From contig JBHGNT010000001.1 of NCBI GenBank assembly GCA_043228905.1, forward strand, positions 14,632,001-14,696,000: a stretch of 64,000 nt of DNA. Direction: 5' to 3'. The translations under genes and the position numbers were made by a program. Source of the DNA: Azolla caroliniana. Lineage: Eukaryota; Plantae; Polypodiophyta. A model generated the notes under the pieces. It ran no database searches. It was given only the letters and a program-made list of their open reading frames with translations, and had not been told where the DNA came from. Of this stretch, positions 37,282 through 50,860 are shown piece by piece (positions within the stretch are counted from its first letter, which is position 1; every line of letters begins with the position of its first letter).

Positions 37282-39634
37282 ACTGGTGAGCGCTTGCCAG
37301 GTCGGATCCTCGTCAGGAAGTTCGGTGGGTGCCGAGGATGAAGACGCGTCGATTGTGTTGTCCTTAATTTTGGTATTCATTCAACCAAGTTCGCATTCTT
37401 GGCCTTTTCAATCCATTCTTTGGCGGCCTGGCGAACCTCATCCTGCAGTTCTGACTATGTTTGTTGCGCCTTGCTCTACGTCGTGACTTGGTGTACCTTG
37501 ACTGTGATGAAGTTCACTGTAGGACCTTTTCTATGATCTTTTGTCGAACATTGGGTACCATAGTGTCCCAGTTGATTACAGTTGAAACAAGTGACTGAAG
37601 CGGATGTGTTGGATTCGCCTTGCTCGAAGTGAGCCGATTGAGCTTGTCGGGGAGGGTTGTTTCGGGGTGGCATCTCATATTGTTGTGTGCGTCATTGATC
37701 ATCTCGTCGTTCGGTGTGGGGAGGAAGGTGATGATTATCTACCCGATGATGATCGCAACGCCGATTATTGCCTTGTTGGAGATTATTGGAACCATGATTA
37801 TTATGGGGAAGCCATCGGTCCTACCGTCGGTTGGGATGGAATCTAGGTTCGTAATCGTCGTCACGATTGTAGTCGTAATGATAGTGGTCCTCCGTTAGCC
37901 TATAGTGATCCTCCACTGACCGATAATGATCCTCGAGAAGCCCACAATGATCCTCCTCTAATCGGTGGCGATCGTCGTAGCGATGTCGCTCGGTGTCCCG
38001 AAATCGAGGTGGCGGTCTGGCCCAATCATCATGTCGAGGACGATCGTGGTGGGCCTAAATCTGTCAGACCGGGGTGGGGTAGTGGGGTTGAGCCTATTGT
38101 ATTCACATTGCTCCACTATGTGAACTCGGGAATGACATATCAGTAGGAGCACACAATCTACTGCCAAGTGGCCGGAATTCAAGAACGTAGTGCATTGTAT
38201 AGCTTGCCGGAAATGGGCTTCCTCTATTGTCGGCAAGGCGCCTTGGAGAGAGCTCATGGAGAAGGAGCTACTTTTTTGGGCCTTGTCCATGGGGAGGATT
38301 CAATCGACAACTTCCTTGATCATTTGTTGAGATAAGTCGACGAGAGCTAAGGAGGTGCGAAGAGGCTCTCGTAAACCCACGAGGAAAGTGTCTTTCAGGT
38401 GGTCAGTTGAGACATCCTAGGTGAGCTGACCGTATAGGTCCTGAAAGTGAATCGTGAATTGTGGAACCGTTTCGTTTGGCTCTTGTGCGATCGCGTAGAA
38501 CTGGTGGAGTAATTCCCGCTTGGGTATTTCTCGATGGAACAATCAGAAGAAGCGATCGCGAATGTCTTGAAAGCTAGAGAACTCCCCCAAATCATGTCGG
38601 GAGTACCAACGCACTAGTGGCCCATTGAGGGATAATGTGAACTCCGCGATTTTTTATGATTCGGCCTTGGCGGCGGTCAAGCGTTGCATCGAATGTGCGA
38701 CTCTGCATCAGGGCCATCTGTGTATCTCTAATACAGATACGACATCGTGTTGAAGTCAGCATCTTCCAATAGCACCAGGAAGGGGTTGTCTTTGGTTTGG
38801 TGGATTTCAGTGGTGCTGCTAGGTGAGGCGGGGTCGGGACCCGCGGTTGAGTGGGCGTCTAGTGCCGGCGGCGGTGATGTCTCAGTGAGAGTTGATTTAG
38901 AAGTTCCTTCGGCTTGTTCGGCACATCAGGATGTTAGCCGAGTGCTTTTGCCTCGGGTGGGCACCATTATGGTGGTTGGGGTTTCTCCAAGCATTGTTCG
39001 TTGTGACCTCACAACGTGAAGCGGGCGTGCCAAATTGTGTTACTCCCTCCTAGAGAACACCTTTGATTACTCCTCTTGAGTAATCGGTTCAAGGAATCGT
39101 GGTGCGTAGGGACTAGGGGCCCGAGTAGGGGTCGGATTGTTATGACTAATTTAGATTGATACTCCGACAATCGGCTACAACCGATTGGTGCATACACCTT
39201 ATAGACCGAACATAAGCAAGTAACAATAGATAAAAAATGAAACAAACGATGAGACAGACATAGAGATTGACCAACAAGTATATATGTATCCGATTACTGC
39301 AACATACAATAAAGATATAGATACAATGACCAAGTAGAATCAGTATCACTCACTCATCAGTACTAATTTAGAACTAGGCTTAGTTAGCTATGGGGACTCC
39401 TATTTTGTATGTGCTCTAGTACCGATTCCCTTCTGTGTTCGCGCGACCCTTCTCGATTATATAGCTACCTCCTAGCTTGGCGCGTTCCAACTACTCCCTC
39501 TTGATATTCGGCTTCTACCTTCAGTTGTTAGTTTTTGGCTTCTTTTGGCCCATCCACATTTGTTCCCACAATCTTTTCCTATTTTTCCTTCGGGATCCGT
39601 TCACACTTTGGCCCCTTCTGTCCCACGGATAACA
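37282..39634 (-). mobile_element. 5' part of a Tat/Retand-like Gypsy element (LTR 39036-39634, degenerate gag)
   Basis: Minus-strand TG...CA LTR followed by PBS TGGCACGCCC (39032-39023); gag relic with CFNCNQLGHYGTQC knuckle (37476-37673); interrupted by Copia B. Confidence 0.7.
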
Positions 39635-41570
39635 AGGTATACCAAGCTTATAAGGATGACATGTTGATAGAATGTGTACCTTATATACAATATCGACATT
39701 TCAATCGATTATGGAGGTTGCAGTTTAACAATGTGGCTATATTGTGTAAGGTTCAAATGGGGGTTTGTTTAGTGTGTTCAAACTTAAAAAGCACGGCAAA
39801 GAGTGGTAGAACTGATGAAGAAATAAAGAATTATAAGAATCTATTAAAAAATCATTGTGAAAGTCAAGCATTGGAACGATCTAAAGCTATGCATCATCGA
39901 CAAAAAGCTCTTCAATCACCTGAAAGGTATATGTGTATGCTTATAGATGGCATGGATTAGAAAAAGACTTGTTTGCCGCATTTTTGTAGGTTGCCAAAGG
40001 ATATTGGAGATGAATGCCTTGTACAAATGCATTTAGTAGGTTGTTTGACATATTGCTAGACAATACGGCCTCAAGTCTTCTTAACTTATCCCAATATCCA
40101 TAATGACCCTAATCTTACAGTCACAGTCATGCAAAGAGTGTTCCAGACTTGGCAAGGTATTCTCTAGCCAGTTCTATACGTGCAACTTGACAAAACAGCC
40201 AGAGAAAACAAAAACTCAATTGTGTTCGGTTATTTAAGCATGCTAGTAGAGGGACATATTTAAAAAGATTAAGGTCAACTTCTTACTAGTTGGTCATACC
40301 CATGATCATATAAATCAAATGTTTAGTAGGTTCTCAAAGAAATTAGCGAGATGTGATGCCTTCATGCTTCCTATTCTATCAAAGATGATCATTGAAGCTT
40401 ATACTCCAAAGCTAGAAGTACAACATTTGAATGACATTTATGATTTTAAACGCTTCTACCTGGATAGTGATGGGACTCAAGGTAGGGTTCTTGCATGGCT
40501 TAATAATATAAGTTTTAACCACATCTTCCTCATAAAAAGAAGTTTGGGGAGACACAAATGGACGCTATTGTATGCCAAACAATACTCATCTAGTTCACAA
40601 TAGGAGTCATAAGAGGGTTGTAGGCTCTTATTGCGTTTTCCAGATGCAAGAATCCATGGTGCAAAACAAATGCCATATGACGATCATAAAAAACTGGCTC
40701 TTAGTATGTGATTCTTTGAAGAGAAACACAAAAATATTAAGCACACCAAGAAGTATGTTGGTGATCAGAATGTTGAATGAATGGTGGGGTGCCTTTTTCA
40801 GCCATCAACATACGATTTTGGATAACTACATTGCTAGATATTGGCCCCTCCAATATCTGTTTACATGGAACATTGGTGCCCCATCAATGGTGTCCAAGAC
40901 TCATCACCATTCACTAGATAATACTGAACTCAATAATCTAGTTCAGCCGCGATAGAGAGATACTTACGTGGGACCAAGAATATCGTGAAATGTAGGGGCA
41001 AGATGGCAAGGTAGTTTGCATAAGCTACAATTTGGAATGTTGGTTGCAACATTGGTTGAGGATGATGAGTTGGGCCATACTTTTTGGATTGCCAAAATTC
41101 TAGAAATAATGAAGGATGAACAAGGCAATCAAGTTAAGTCTATCGTGGTTCATTGGTATCACACGTCTTCCCCTGATGCATTTACTAGAAAGTACTCTTT
41201 AGAGATGGTGAAGGATGTCAAAGGCACAAGTAAAAAGCGAAGAATAAAGAATCTACCGAGCATGTCTACTCTCACACCGGATAACGTTGGCATACTAGTG
41301 TATGACGTCTCGTTGACCAAAATAGGCCATCTAAGGCAGACCACAATCAATATATTAAAAGAGAAGATCTCAAATGTGGGTCCCGACATGACACAAAGAT
41401 GAACAAGGAGCATGGCTCATAATCACGGTGAGGCTGGATTGCAATTCGATGAAGACAATGTGTTGGTTGCAAGTGATGACAAGGATGAGACCTCACAAAG
41501 CTCTTCTACTTCATCGGATGGGTTTGAAAATGATTGCATATATTTGGGAAGTGATTGTTCTATTACATGA
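39635..41570 (+). pseudogene. Decayed DNA-transposon transposase, Sola-like / DUF7869-type
   Basis: Fragments CLVC, IDGMD, VQLDKTARENKN, NFLLVGHTHDHINQMFS and FWIAKI..VHWY, with stops and frameshifts; the N-terminus is cut off by the Tat LTR. Confidence 0.72.
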
Positions 41571-42689
41571 ACTGTAAATATTGTATTTTTTTACATCAAA
41601 ATGTCAATTTACGAATATCTATAAATGATGGTTGAGTCCATTTGTAAATTTTGTACATACTTTTGTAAGTTTGGCGTGTCTATTGTTTAGGCATTTTCTT
41701 GAAAACCATTAACTTTTGGACATTGCTCAAAATCAATATATTTTTGGTCATTTTTAAAAAACCTTTATGCATGCGGCACGACACCCCTTTTTATGAAACA
41801 ACGTATTTTGTGCCTTTTTTGGATGGACGGTTCTGCTTATGAAGTCAACATTAATAATAGTACTCCTTTTCCTTGAGAAAACATCATTAGGTAACCATTG
41901 CAAATGTATGGAGGACTTTGATATTGTTAATGAGCTTCATCGACAACTCTACACTAAAACCTAGGATTTGGGTAACTCAATCAACAACTATCACAATTAG
42001 GTAACCCTTGCAAGATGGGAAACGAAGAGCACTTTAGGAGACCTCAAAGTGTCAACCTCTCGAGGCACAACTCTTGAGGATAATGAACAAAGCTTAGGCT
42101 AGAGAACATGGAGCTCTCCATGAAGTCTTTGAGTCTCTAATGGACTCCGAGGTTGATCACTATTGATGTGGCTAGAGAAACTAAAGCTTGAAACTTTCAT
42201 ATGCTTTGCCCCACCACATGAATGCATTGCTTAATTGAGGGGCTACCATCCATGTACAATGGTCAAAGAAATGTGGGAACAAGCATCTATTCTTGCAACC
42301 AACGATGAGGGGGGGGGGGGGGGGGGGAGCTAGTAGTGGAATTTGAGGAAACCATTGTGGACAACCAATGTGGACAACCAATGATGACCCAACTACCTCC
42401 CCCCAAAACCTCATAGGAGATTATATAAAGGACACTCTACCCCCATCAAGCTTGCTAACACTCCACCAATTATAATTGTGATTACAGAAGATGAGGTCGT
42501 CAAGGCTATCATTGGGCAACCTAATTGGTTCAGTGATAAAATCGATTTTTGTTGCCCTTCTCATAGATGGTGAGCATTGTGGTGTAGATCTTAGGTAGAA
42601 CTTTTGCATTTCTAGGAGGGTACTCAAAAAGGGAGAGGAAAGTTGGCATAGATGGACAATGAAATTTGCAAGGTCAACTCGAGGGGGGC

Positions 42690-42842
42690 AGCAGATGAGA
42701 CCAAAGCCGATGGATGGAATGGATAGATATGACTTGAGTGGGGCGATAGATGAGACCAGAGACGATGGATGGAATGGATAGATATGAACACGAATAAGGA
42801 CGTTGTATGTATGTATGTATGTATGTATACAAGTGAGTGGCC

Positions 42843-42904
<62 letters not shown>

Positions 42905-43038
42905 AGCATGCATGCCCGCCCCCATGAGGCCACTAAGAGAGAGAGAGAGGAAATTTTTGTGAGCATTTTGTCATCATTATGCCTACTACTAACTATGTAT
43001 GTATGTATGTATGTAGTGTGTTAAGTACTGAGCCCTCG

Positions 43039-43080
<42 letters not shown>

Positions 43081-43154
43081 TACTATTACTACAGTCTACG
43101 ACGACGGCCACCACCATTCCTCTCTTCTGTGTTCCTCTGTTCTCCCCTTCTTCT

Positions 43155-43189
<35 letters not shown>

Positions 43190-43200
43190 TTCTTCGTATT
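42690..43200. repeat. Microsatellite cluster: (TATG)n, (CA)~28, (CT)n, (CTT)n and a short duplicated GATGGATGGAATGGATAGATATGA unit
   Basis: Directly visible; CT/CTT tracts are typical of plant promoter and 5' UTR regions. Confidence 0.9.
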
Positions 43201-45399
43201 TGTAGAGATAGGTAGCGAACGCAGAAATACTCCCCTCCGCTCCTGCTTCTTCTTCACTCTCGTATCTGCAACGGCAGCGTTCGTGGTCCCCCATTGCTAC
43301 GCGTTGAGCTGCGTTCTTTTTCTCACCACTACCCTCACGACCAATTCAGGAAACAAAGCAAAGGGCAAAGAGCGAAGAGCAAGCCCAAGTTCAAGGTACG
43401 CTCTCTTCCCCCCCCTCTTACTGGTTTCTATGAAAACGACAGCCTGCCATTATTATTACTTTGAAGGTTCGCTGTCAACCACCATCTGCCCACAAATATC
43501 ACCGTGAGTGCCTCATTTTGCAGAGGCCAACCCAGTGGCCCACGTGAATCTCCTCTTATTATTAATAGGTATACCCATAATATTGGCCACACATCCGCTT
43601 TTAGAGACATTGGAAAACCTAAGATGGCACTTTGTGTAACTATCTAGCTCTGGAGCAGTAAGGATGTGGCAAAGAAGTGAATTGTTTGTGCAATTAGTTA
43701 GCTCTAGAGCACCAATTTCACATCCTTGTACGCAAATACCCTAGCCACCCACCGCACCACCTGCTGGCACTATGCTGTAGCTTGGTTCACGCAACTTGGG
43801 GTCTTTCTAGTTGGAATTGACACACATGGCATCGTGCCCGTTCTTCTTTTTCTTTTGATGTCAACCTGGTGGGAAAATGCTGGGGAAAGAGGATGCAATC
43901 TATCTTTGAGATTGATTGGTCGATAGGTAGATAGATAGAGATGATGATCAGGTTATTTCAGGTAAGGGTGCCAACATGTCCCTTAGGACCACGAATTGCC
44001 ACAAAGAACTTTCCTTCCAGCTGTGTATGTGGGGGATCTTAAAATGTAGAACAGAAAGAATATGTAAAATGTTAAAATGAAAATGAAGCTAGTTGCTGAA
44101 TTTCACTGTTTGATCTGAGCTTTGACCTGAGCTACGTTGACTGCTAGGTCAGTCTATGCTTGCAAACCATATCCCAAAAATACCACATCATCTGTATAAA
44201 TCAGAAGCAATCATGTCAAGTGGCCAATGGGTGGTTTTTTGTCATGTGCCATGAAGGCTTCTTGTATAAAATATTCTAGTTGGCCAATATATGACTGTAT
44301 AAAGTTGGTCATAGTGGCCATCCTTGTTTCACTCTCATGGTGCTAATGACTTCCAAGAAAACCCTATTTCAGTCTTCAATTTATAATACTCCTCAAAGTC
44401 TTCCATGTCCATTCAGAAAAATATGTCGAACATAGGTTTTTTGTCATTCATGTATAATTGTTCCGCTCATATCAATATTGTAGGCTGAGGCGAGATTCAC
44501 CTCTTAAATTCCCTGCATATTTCTCTGAGATAGATAGATAGATGGATGGATAGATTTTGTTATCGTTTGCGGAGGATAAATATGGCGTATGAGACCAAAA
44601 ATGGTCAAATTTGGCGTAGTGACTCTTGATGTTCAAGAAATTTACTAATGAATGTCACAATTGAGAGTGCACACTAGGATCAAGAGAAATTTGTGCAAGG
44701 ATTGGGTTTGGTGGTAGATGTGTGGAAGTATTGTTGGATGTGATCAAAGGCAGAGCATTGTATGAAAGTGTGATACTCAAACTCCTGAGCTCGTTTAGGG
44801 CAAAGTGTGCATAGTCAATTACTCTCACCACTTATGCCCGAACATCTTGTCTCACATCTTAGTGAGTGTGAGCTAGGTCGCATGGAAGCAATGGCTGAAG
44901 TGGCGGACAATGGGATGGGTTCTGGCATGTATTGATGTGTGTGGTTTTCCTGTTAGTGAAAAAGCATGGTTTTGTAATTAGGTGTAACATATGTAGTATA
45001 ATTCACGAAGCATGAACCTCCACATTTTTCCCATGTCATGATGCATTGGCGTTGCAAAAAGGCCTCATTCAAATAAGAATCTGTTCATGCCTCATGAAGC
45101 AAGTGTTTTGCATCCCATCTTCCAAACGATTTTTCCATATCTTGCATCCAACCAGAAATTTCTTTTTGCTGTCATGTGTCCTTTGGATATTTTTGCTTGC
45201 TTCCCATGTGAGTCTTGGAAGTCGATGTGAGGGACTTTATTGAACCAAAATGTCCTTTGAGACTGAACAAGAAATTATCTTTAAAAATGTTCACCCATAT
45301 TTCAGCACAACATATCAAAATAACTGAATTGAAACTTTTGACTTCAAAATATCCCAAGATGCACCAATCTAAGACGGAGAGATCTCCCAAGAGAAAGAA

Positions 45400-46070
45400 G
45401 TATCTTCAACATTGGGTGATAATTGTCTTCATTTTTCAATAACAAGGATGATGGAACTGTGGTTCAGATGAATGTGGTCTCCATGCACAACCATTTACTA
45501 GTGCCTGATCTATGTAACCCTTTTTGAATGTTGTGTGACTCCCTCCCTAGTGTTGCCCTTGATTGACTTGTATCATGAGTCATGGATTTTAAGAAGGTCG
45601 TGCTGGTTGTGTATTGTGGTTTGGAGGCTATATTGATGTTCTTCAAAACGTTCGCTCTATATTTCTTGATTTCTAGCAAGAACAATTCCCAGCATCCTTT
45701 GTCTTCATATGCCATTACCATGCAAAGTGGGCCAAATCCTTGTTCAAGGCAATGTTATCTTCCCCTAATTTCATAAAAAAACCAGTATTTGGCAAACATT
45801 CATTTCTCTGATTTCACCTCCCGATGACACAATTGGAAGATCTGGTCTTCCATAGCTTTGGGTGCATATCTATCCGTCACAAATCTCTAACTAATATGAA
45901 GAGGCCTTGACTTGTCCTATCACATTAGGGAGCACATGATAGATATGTATCCATATAAGGCAGCCTTTTAATAAATCCAATCTGCGATGGTGGAAAAGAG
46001 GGTCTTATAGCGGTCCTTCCTTCCAAGAACTGTTTGAGCCTGGTCATTAAAGTGAGGGTAGTGCATTTAT
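45400..46070 (-). mobile_element. LINE ORF2 3' fragment
   Basis: Decayed Cys/His knuckle (QLCHREVKSE) then YEIRGR..CL..GFGPLC; similar to 46730-47016. Confidence 0.45.
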
Positions 46071-46729
46071 ATGTGATTTTAATTATGTTTGCATTTCAGC
46101 ATATCAACTATCATTATCTCCATCTTCTGCTTGCTGTATTAATGACATGAGTTCCACAATTGAACCTGCTCACACTCAGCCGAGATTATATCATGGGGCA
46201 TTGATGCTTTCTTTGTATCTTGCGAATAATCATTGATACTAAAGGCTTCTCATGCTCGGTGCCCTGTGAAGGCATCATCGCCTAGTTATAATGTATTAAC
46301 ATCCATATGGGACAACATGACCAGTTGGTCATTTCAAAGAACTCTTAAAATGTGAAAGCTTCAATGGAAAACAAAGCTCCATGAGAATGAAGGAAGAAAG
46401 AAAATTAATGGCACTTAAGTGGCCAAAATGGCCTATAAGAACAAACAAGAGATTAAATCTTATAATGTTGTCTCGTGTTTGAGAAGAACAAACCAAAAGA
46501 AATGTAACTAAGAAAAAAGTAAATAAAAATAAAAGTGACGAAAGAATCTGGTTATCTAAAGATGTAAGATTCTCAATTATGAAGTCAAATAGATTCTAAT
46601 TTTTGTATTTGTAATATCTCTAGCATAGCTCAATCTAGAATGATGAGATCGTTGAAGAACGGGAGGCACTTGCAATGGCGGGAGATAATGAACTTTATAT
46701 GTTGATAACAAGGGTGGTGAGGTTGTGAT

Positions 46730-49700
46730 CCACGAGATTGGGGCCTACGTATATGAAAAATTTCTATTGCCTAATCTCTCTTCTGACTCCTTCATAATGT
46801 CTTGGTTGAGAGCCCATTTGTGTCGCCCTTGATTGATTGGTAGCATGAGGTGTGATGAGGCTTAAGAATGTTGTGGTTATTCATTGTTGATGAGCTTTTG
46901 TGGTTGTATTGTTCTCCCTCAACAACTTCTCCTTGTACCTGTTGAGTTCTAGAAAGAACAACCCCCAACACGATTGGTCCTCATATTCATTACCTTGCAT
47001 AGTGGGTCAAAGCCTTTGTTAAGAATTAGGTGAGTAATTAAGCAAGGGTTAATTAGTACCTAATTATGTGATTAAGTTAAGCGGAAGATTATGTGATATC
47101 TGTGTGTTTGTGTGTGAGAGGAAGAGAGAGAGAGAAGTGCGCTTATGAACAACACACAATGGGGGATGATTAACTCTATATTAAATTAGCATCATCAAAT
47201 ACAAAAATACCCATAATGAGGTATATATAGATCTCATGTGCAAGGGTGCACATGTGTGAGGAGAATATAGGTACAAGGGTGTAAGTCTTATATTAAATGT
47301 ACTTGGGAGTGGAGGATCTAGAATATCTCACTTAAGTACAAGGTCCTATTTAAGGCATTATAGTCAATAACTTCTAACTAGATTCTATCTACGTAACTAC
47401 GAAGTTACATTGTTGACTAACTAACTAAACTAAGTTGAGCTTGATCTCTCAACATGCCCCCTCAAGCTCAAGTGTGAGGCGTTTTGACATCGGCTTTTGC
47501 TTTCGGTGTTGTCCGGCTTTCGATGTTGGCTTTTGTGTGGCTTTCAGCATCGATATTTTCGTGGCAGTTTCGGTTCCGCCCCCTCAAGCCTGTGGCAAAG
47601 GCTTGGTTCGACTGCTTTCACCCATCAAGGAGCTCGTATGGAGTTAGCTCATGCACTCCATTGGTGGTGCATCGATTCGTGAGATAGACGGCCGTGGATG
47701 CCGCTTCGGCCCAATAGAAGTTCAGCATGTGCTTCTCATGCATCCTAGTGCGTGCTGCCTCGAGTAATTGCCGATTCTTTCTTTCGGCTACTCCATTTTG
47801 TTTGGGTGTGTGCATTCACCTTGGAGGTAGGAGTTGAACTCGTTGGAGAAGTACTCCTTGCCTCCATCCTATCGTAAGGCATCGAATGTGCCGACTGGTT
47901 TCTTTTTCGACTTGCCCCTTGAGCTTTTGGAAGTGGGAGAGCACTTCACTCTTCTTCTTCATCGGGAAGATCCACGTGTAGCGCGAGTAGTCGTCGATGA
48001 AGGTTACATAGTATCGGCATCCGCCAATCGTCGGTGTTTGAGCCGGTCCCCATACATCTGAGTGTATGACGTCAAGGAAGCCTTTGCTTGCGTAGCTCTC
48101 CTTTGGGAATGGGAGTTGATGTTGTTTGCCGAGTTGACATGCTTCGCATACTCGGTTGACTCGTTTCGACTCGAAGGTCGGAAGTCTGATGACGACTTCC
48201 TTTGTTTGCATAGCTCGGAGTCATTGGAGGTTGATGTGGCCTATTCTCTTGTGCCACAACTCGATGTTCGTCTCGGTTTTGAGACCTTTGGCATACATGG
48301 CCGATTTCACCTCATTCGAATCGAGGATGAACATTCGACCGTCTCTCTGTCCCTTGGCTATGAGTCGGCCATCTTTTTCTATGAAGCATTCCTCGTTTTT
48401 GAAACGAACTTGCATGCCTTGCTCCACGATTTGGCCGACCGAGACCAAATTCTTCGTTATGGTGGGCACGTGCAAGACATTCTTGATGCAATTGTTTTGG
48501 CCGTCGTTGCCGAATGGAACGTTGCCGATGTGCCGATTGGATGTGTGGTGTTGTCACCTGTCTCTATGATGCTGGGTCGGTTGGGTGTGCGCAAATCACT
48601 GAACCACTTTTCGTGGGATGTCATGTGATGTGAGGCGCCAGAATCGACGAACCACACGTCTTCCGAGTTGAAGGTGCTTGTGGAGTTGAAAGCCGTCATA
48701 GAGTTTGCTTTATGCCTCATTATGAATAGACCACCGTAGTCATCGTATTTGGAGTTGTTGGCGTAGTTAGGTGAGTTGTCGGCTTGTCGGCTTGTCGAAG
48801 CCGATTCACTTCTCTTTTTCCGACTCTCCTCTTCGTGGTGACGGATTTTGCCACAATACTTGCAAGCAATGGGCCACGTTTGCCGACCTTGTTCGGCATG
48901 GAAGCTCCCCCTTCTTCTGAAGGTTCCTTGATGGCTTCCTTCTTCTTGTCGAAGGTTTGGGTCGAATCGACCTCTTCTACCGCCTCGACCTTGTCCTCGG
49001 CCACCATCCGAATTCGAGAAGAACATTTGTCCTTCCGATGACTTGGTTTTGGTTTGGACGTGGTTCTCTTCAACCATTAGCATTGATTGAAGGTCGAAGA
49101 ACGAAGGAGGGTTTTCCCTCGCCAAGATTGCCGCCCTTAACGAGTCGAATCGTTGTGCGAGGCCACCCAAGCATACTTGAACCATCTCGTCTTTGTCGAC
49201 GATTATGTTGATGGAGCCAAGCGAGTCGCAAATGCTCTTGATCTTGGCGGTGTAGTCCGACACAAACATATCTTTTTGCCGAATGTTGTTCAACTCTTGT
49301 TGGAGTTGAAGCTTTCGGGCGGTCGTGTTGGTGGCGAGCATTTTTTTAAGTTCTCCCACATCTCTTTGGGCGTCTTGGTGTCTTGAATGTGGCTAAGCAT
49401 GTGGTCGTGGACATGCTTGCTGCCATGTTGAGTAGTCGACGTTCTTTGGGTTGGGTTGATTTTCTTGAGCGCCGTTGATGTAGCTCCAATATCCTTGGCT
49501 AACAAGGTATTGGTTCATCTTGTACTCCCAAGATGAATAATTGCTCCGGTCTACCTTTTCACTATGAAGCGCGCTACCCATTTGTGTGTTCATTTTGACG
49601 TAGTGTCTTCCTTCTCGTATTTTCTTCCTTCGATCACGGGCTACGTAGTGGCACTACGGTAGCAGATAGCCGGGTTTTGTTATTGGCGTCTCGAACACAC

Positions 49701-50860
49701 AATCACGAAGTCGGGTGGGCTTAGTGAATTTTCTAAACCACACGCTCTGATACCATGTTAAGAATTAGGTGGGTAATTAAGCAAGGGTTAATTAATACCT
49801 AATTATGTGATTAAGTTAAGCGGAAGATTATGTGATATTTGTGTGTATGTGTGAGAGAGAAGTACACTCATGAATAACACAAGATGGGGGATGATTAACT
49901 CTATATTACATTAGAATCATCAAATACAAAAATACCCACAATGAGGTATATATAGATCTCATGTGCAAGGGTGCACATGTGTGAGGAGAATATAGGTACA
50001 AGGGTGTAAGTCCTATATTAAATGTACTTGGGAGTGGAGGATCTAGAATATCTCACTTAAGTACAAGGTCCTATTTAAGGCGTTATAGTCAACACTTCTA
50101 ACTAGATTCTATCTACGTAACTACAAAGTTACATGGTTGTCTAATTAACTAAACTAAATTGAGCTTGATCTCTCAACATGCCCCCTCAAACTCAAGTGTG
50201 AGGCGTCCGACATCGGCTTTCGCTTTCAGCGTTGTCCGGCTTTTGCTTTCGGCGTTGTTTGGCGTTGTCGCATTTCAGCATGCCAAAGATGATTATCTCC
50301 ATGTTCAACCAGCTGTTTTGATGACATAAGTGCCAACTTTGAGTAACTTGGTTTAGGGTGATCCCAAAGCCATTGGATACTGATTACTGATCGGAATAAT
50401 GCCTCAGTGATTATTGAGGATTCTCCCATCTCCACCCAAATTATAAAATGGGGCACCAATATTTTGCTCCTTATCGTGTGAGCAATCATTGAGACTACAG
50501 GTCTCTCCATGTCCTTCCTGTTTTTTGTGTTGTGAAGACATGGTTCTTGGGTTTCTAGTCCATAGAGAAGAGTCAGAGTGACAAGTATATCAAATAGTCA
50601 CAATTTAGTTTGTAGCTCTTGGAATTGTATATGTACACTTGTCTTTCAAGAGCACCAAGGGCTGCATAATCATGAGAAAGTCCATCACAGGCAGCCTCCT
50701 GTAAGGAGGACTGAGGCCCTTTGAATGTTACTCCTAGGTATGTGTAGGATTGTGCGTATGCCACCTTTTTCTCTCCCAAGAAGAATTCTGGTTCTGATCT
50801 TATTATGCATGTTTGAGTGGTGTTAAACACCATGAAAAGGTATATGAATGAAATGAAAAG
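46730..50860 (-). mobile_element. LINE relic (46730-47016 and 50283-50860) split by Copia F
   Basis: YTYLGVTF RT C-terminal motif in ORF 50573-50917; 3' part homologous to 45450-45740. Confidence 0.5.
47017..50282 (-). mobile_element. Copia F (same lineage as D), RT/RH-deleted, with an extra PPT segment outside the 5' LTR
   Basis: LTRs 47017-47454 and 49756-50178; Met PBS 49744-49755; gag (EKVDRSNYSSWEYKMNQYL), PR WFVDSGAS, INT to ~47620, then 3' UTR/PPT directly. Confidence 0.88.

Noticed and set aside
42624-43294. ORFs with poly-VC, poly-HT or poly-E tracts
   Set aside because: They are translations of microsatellites.
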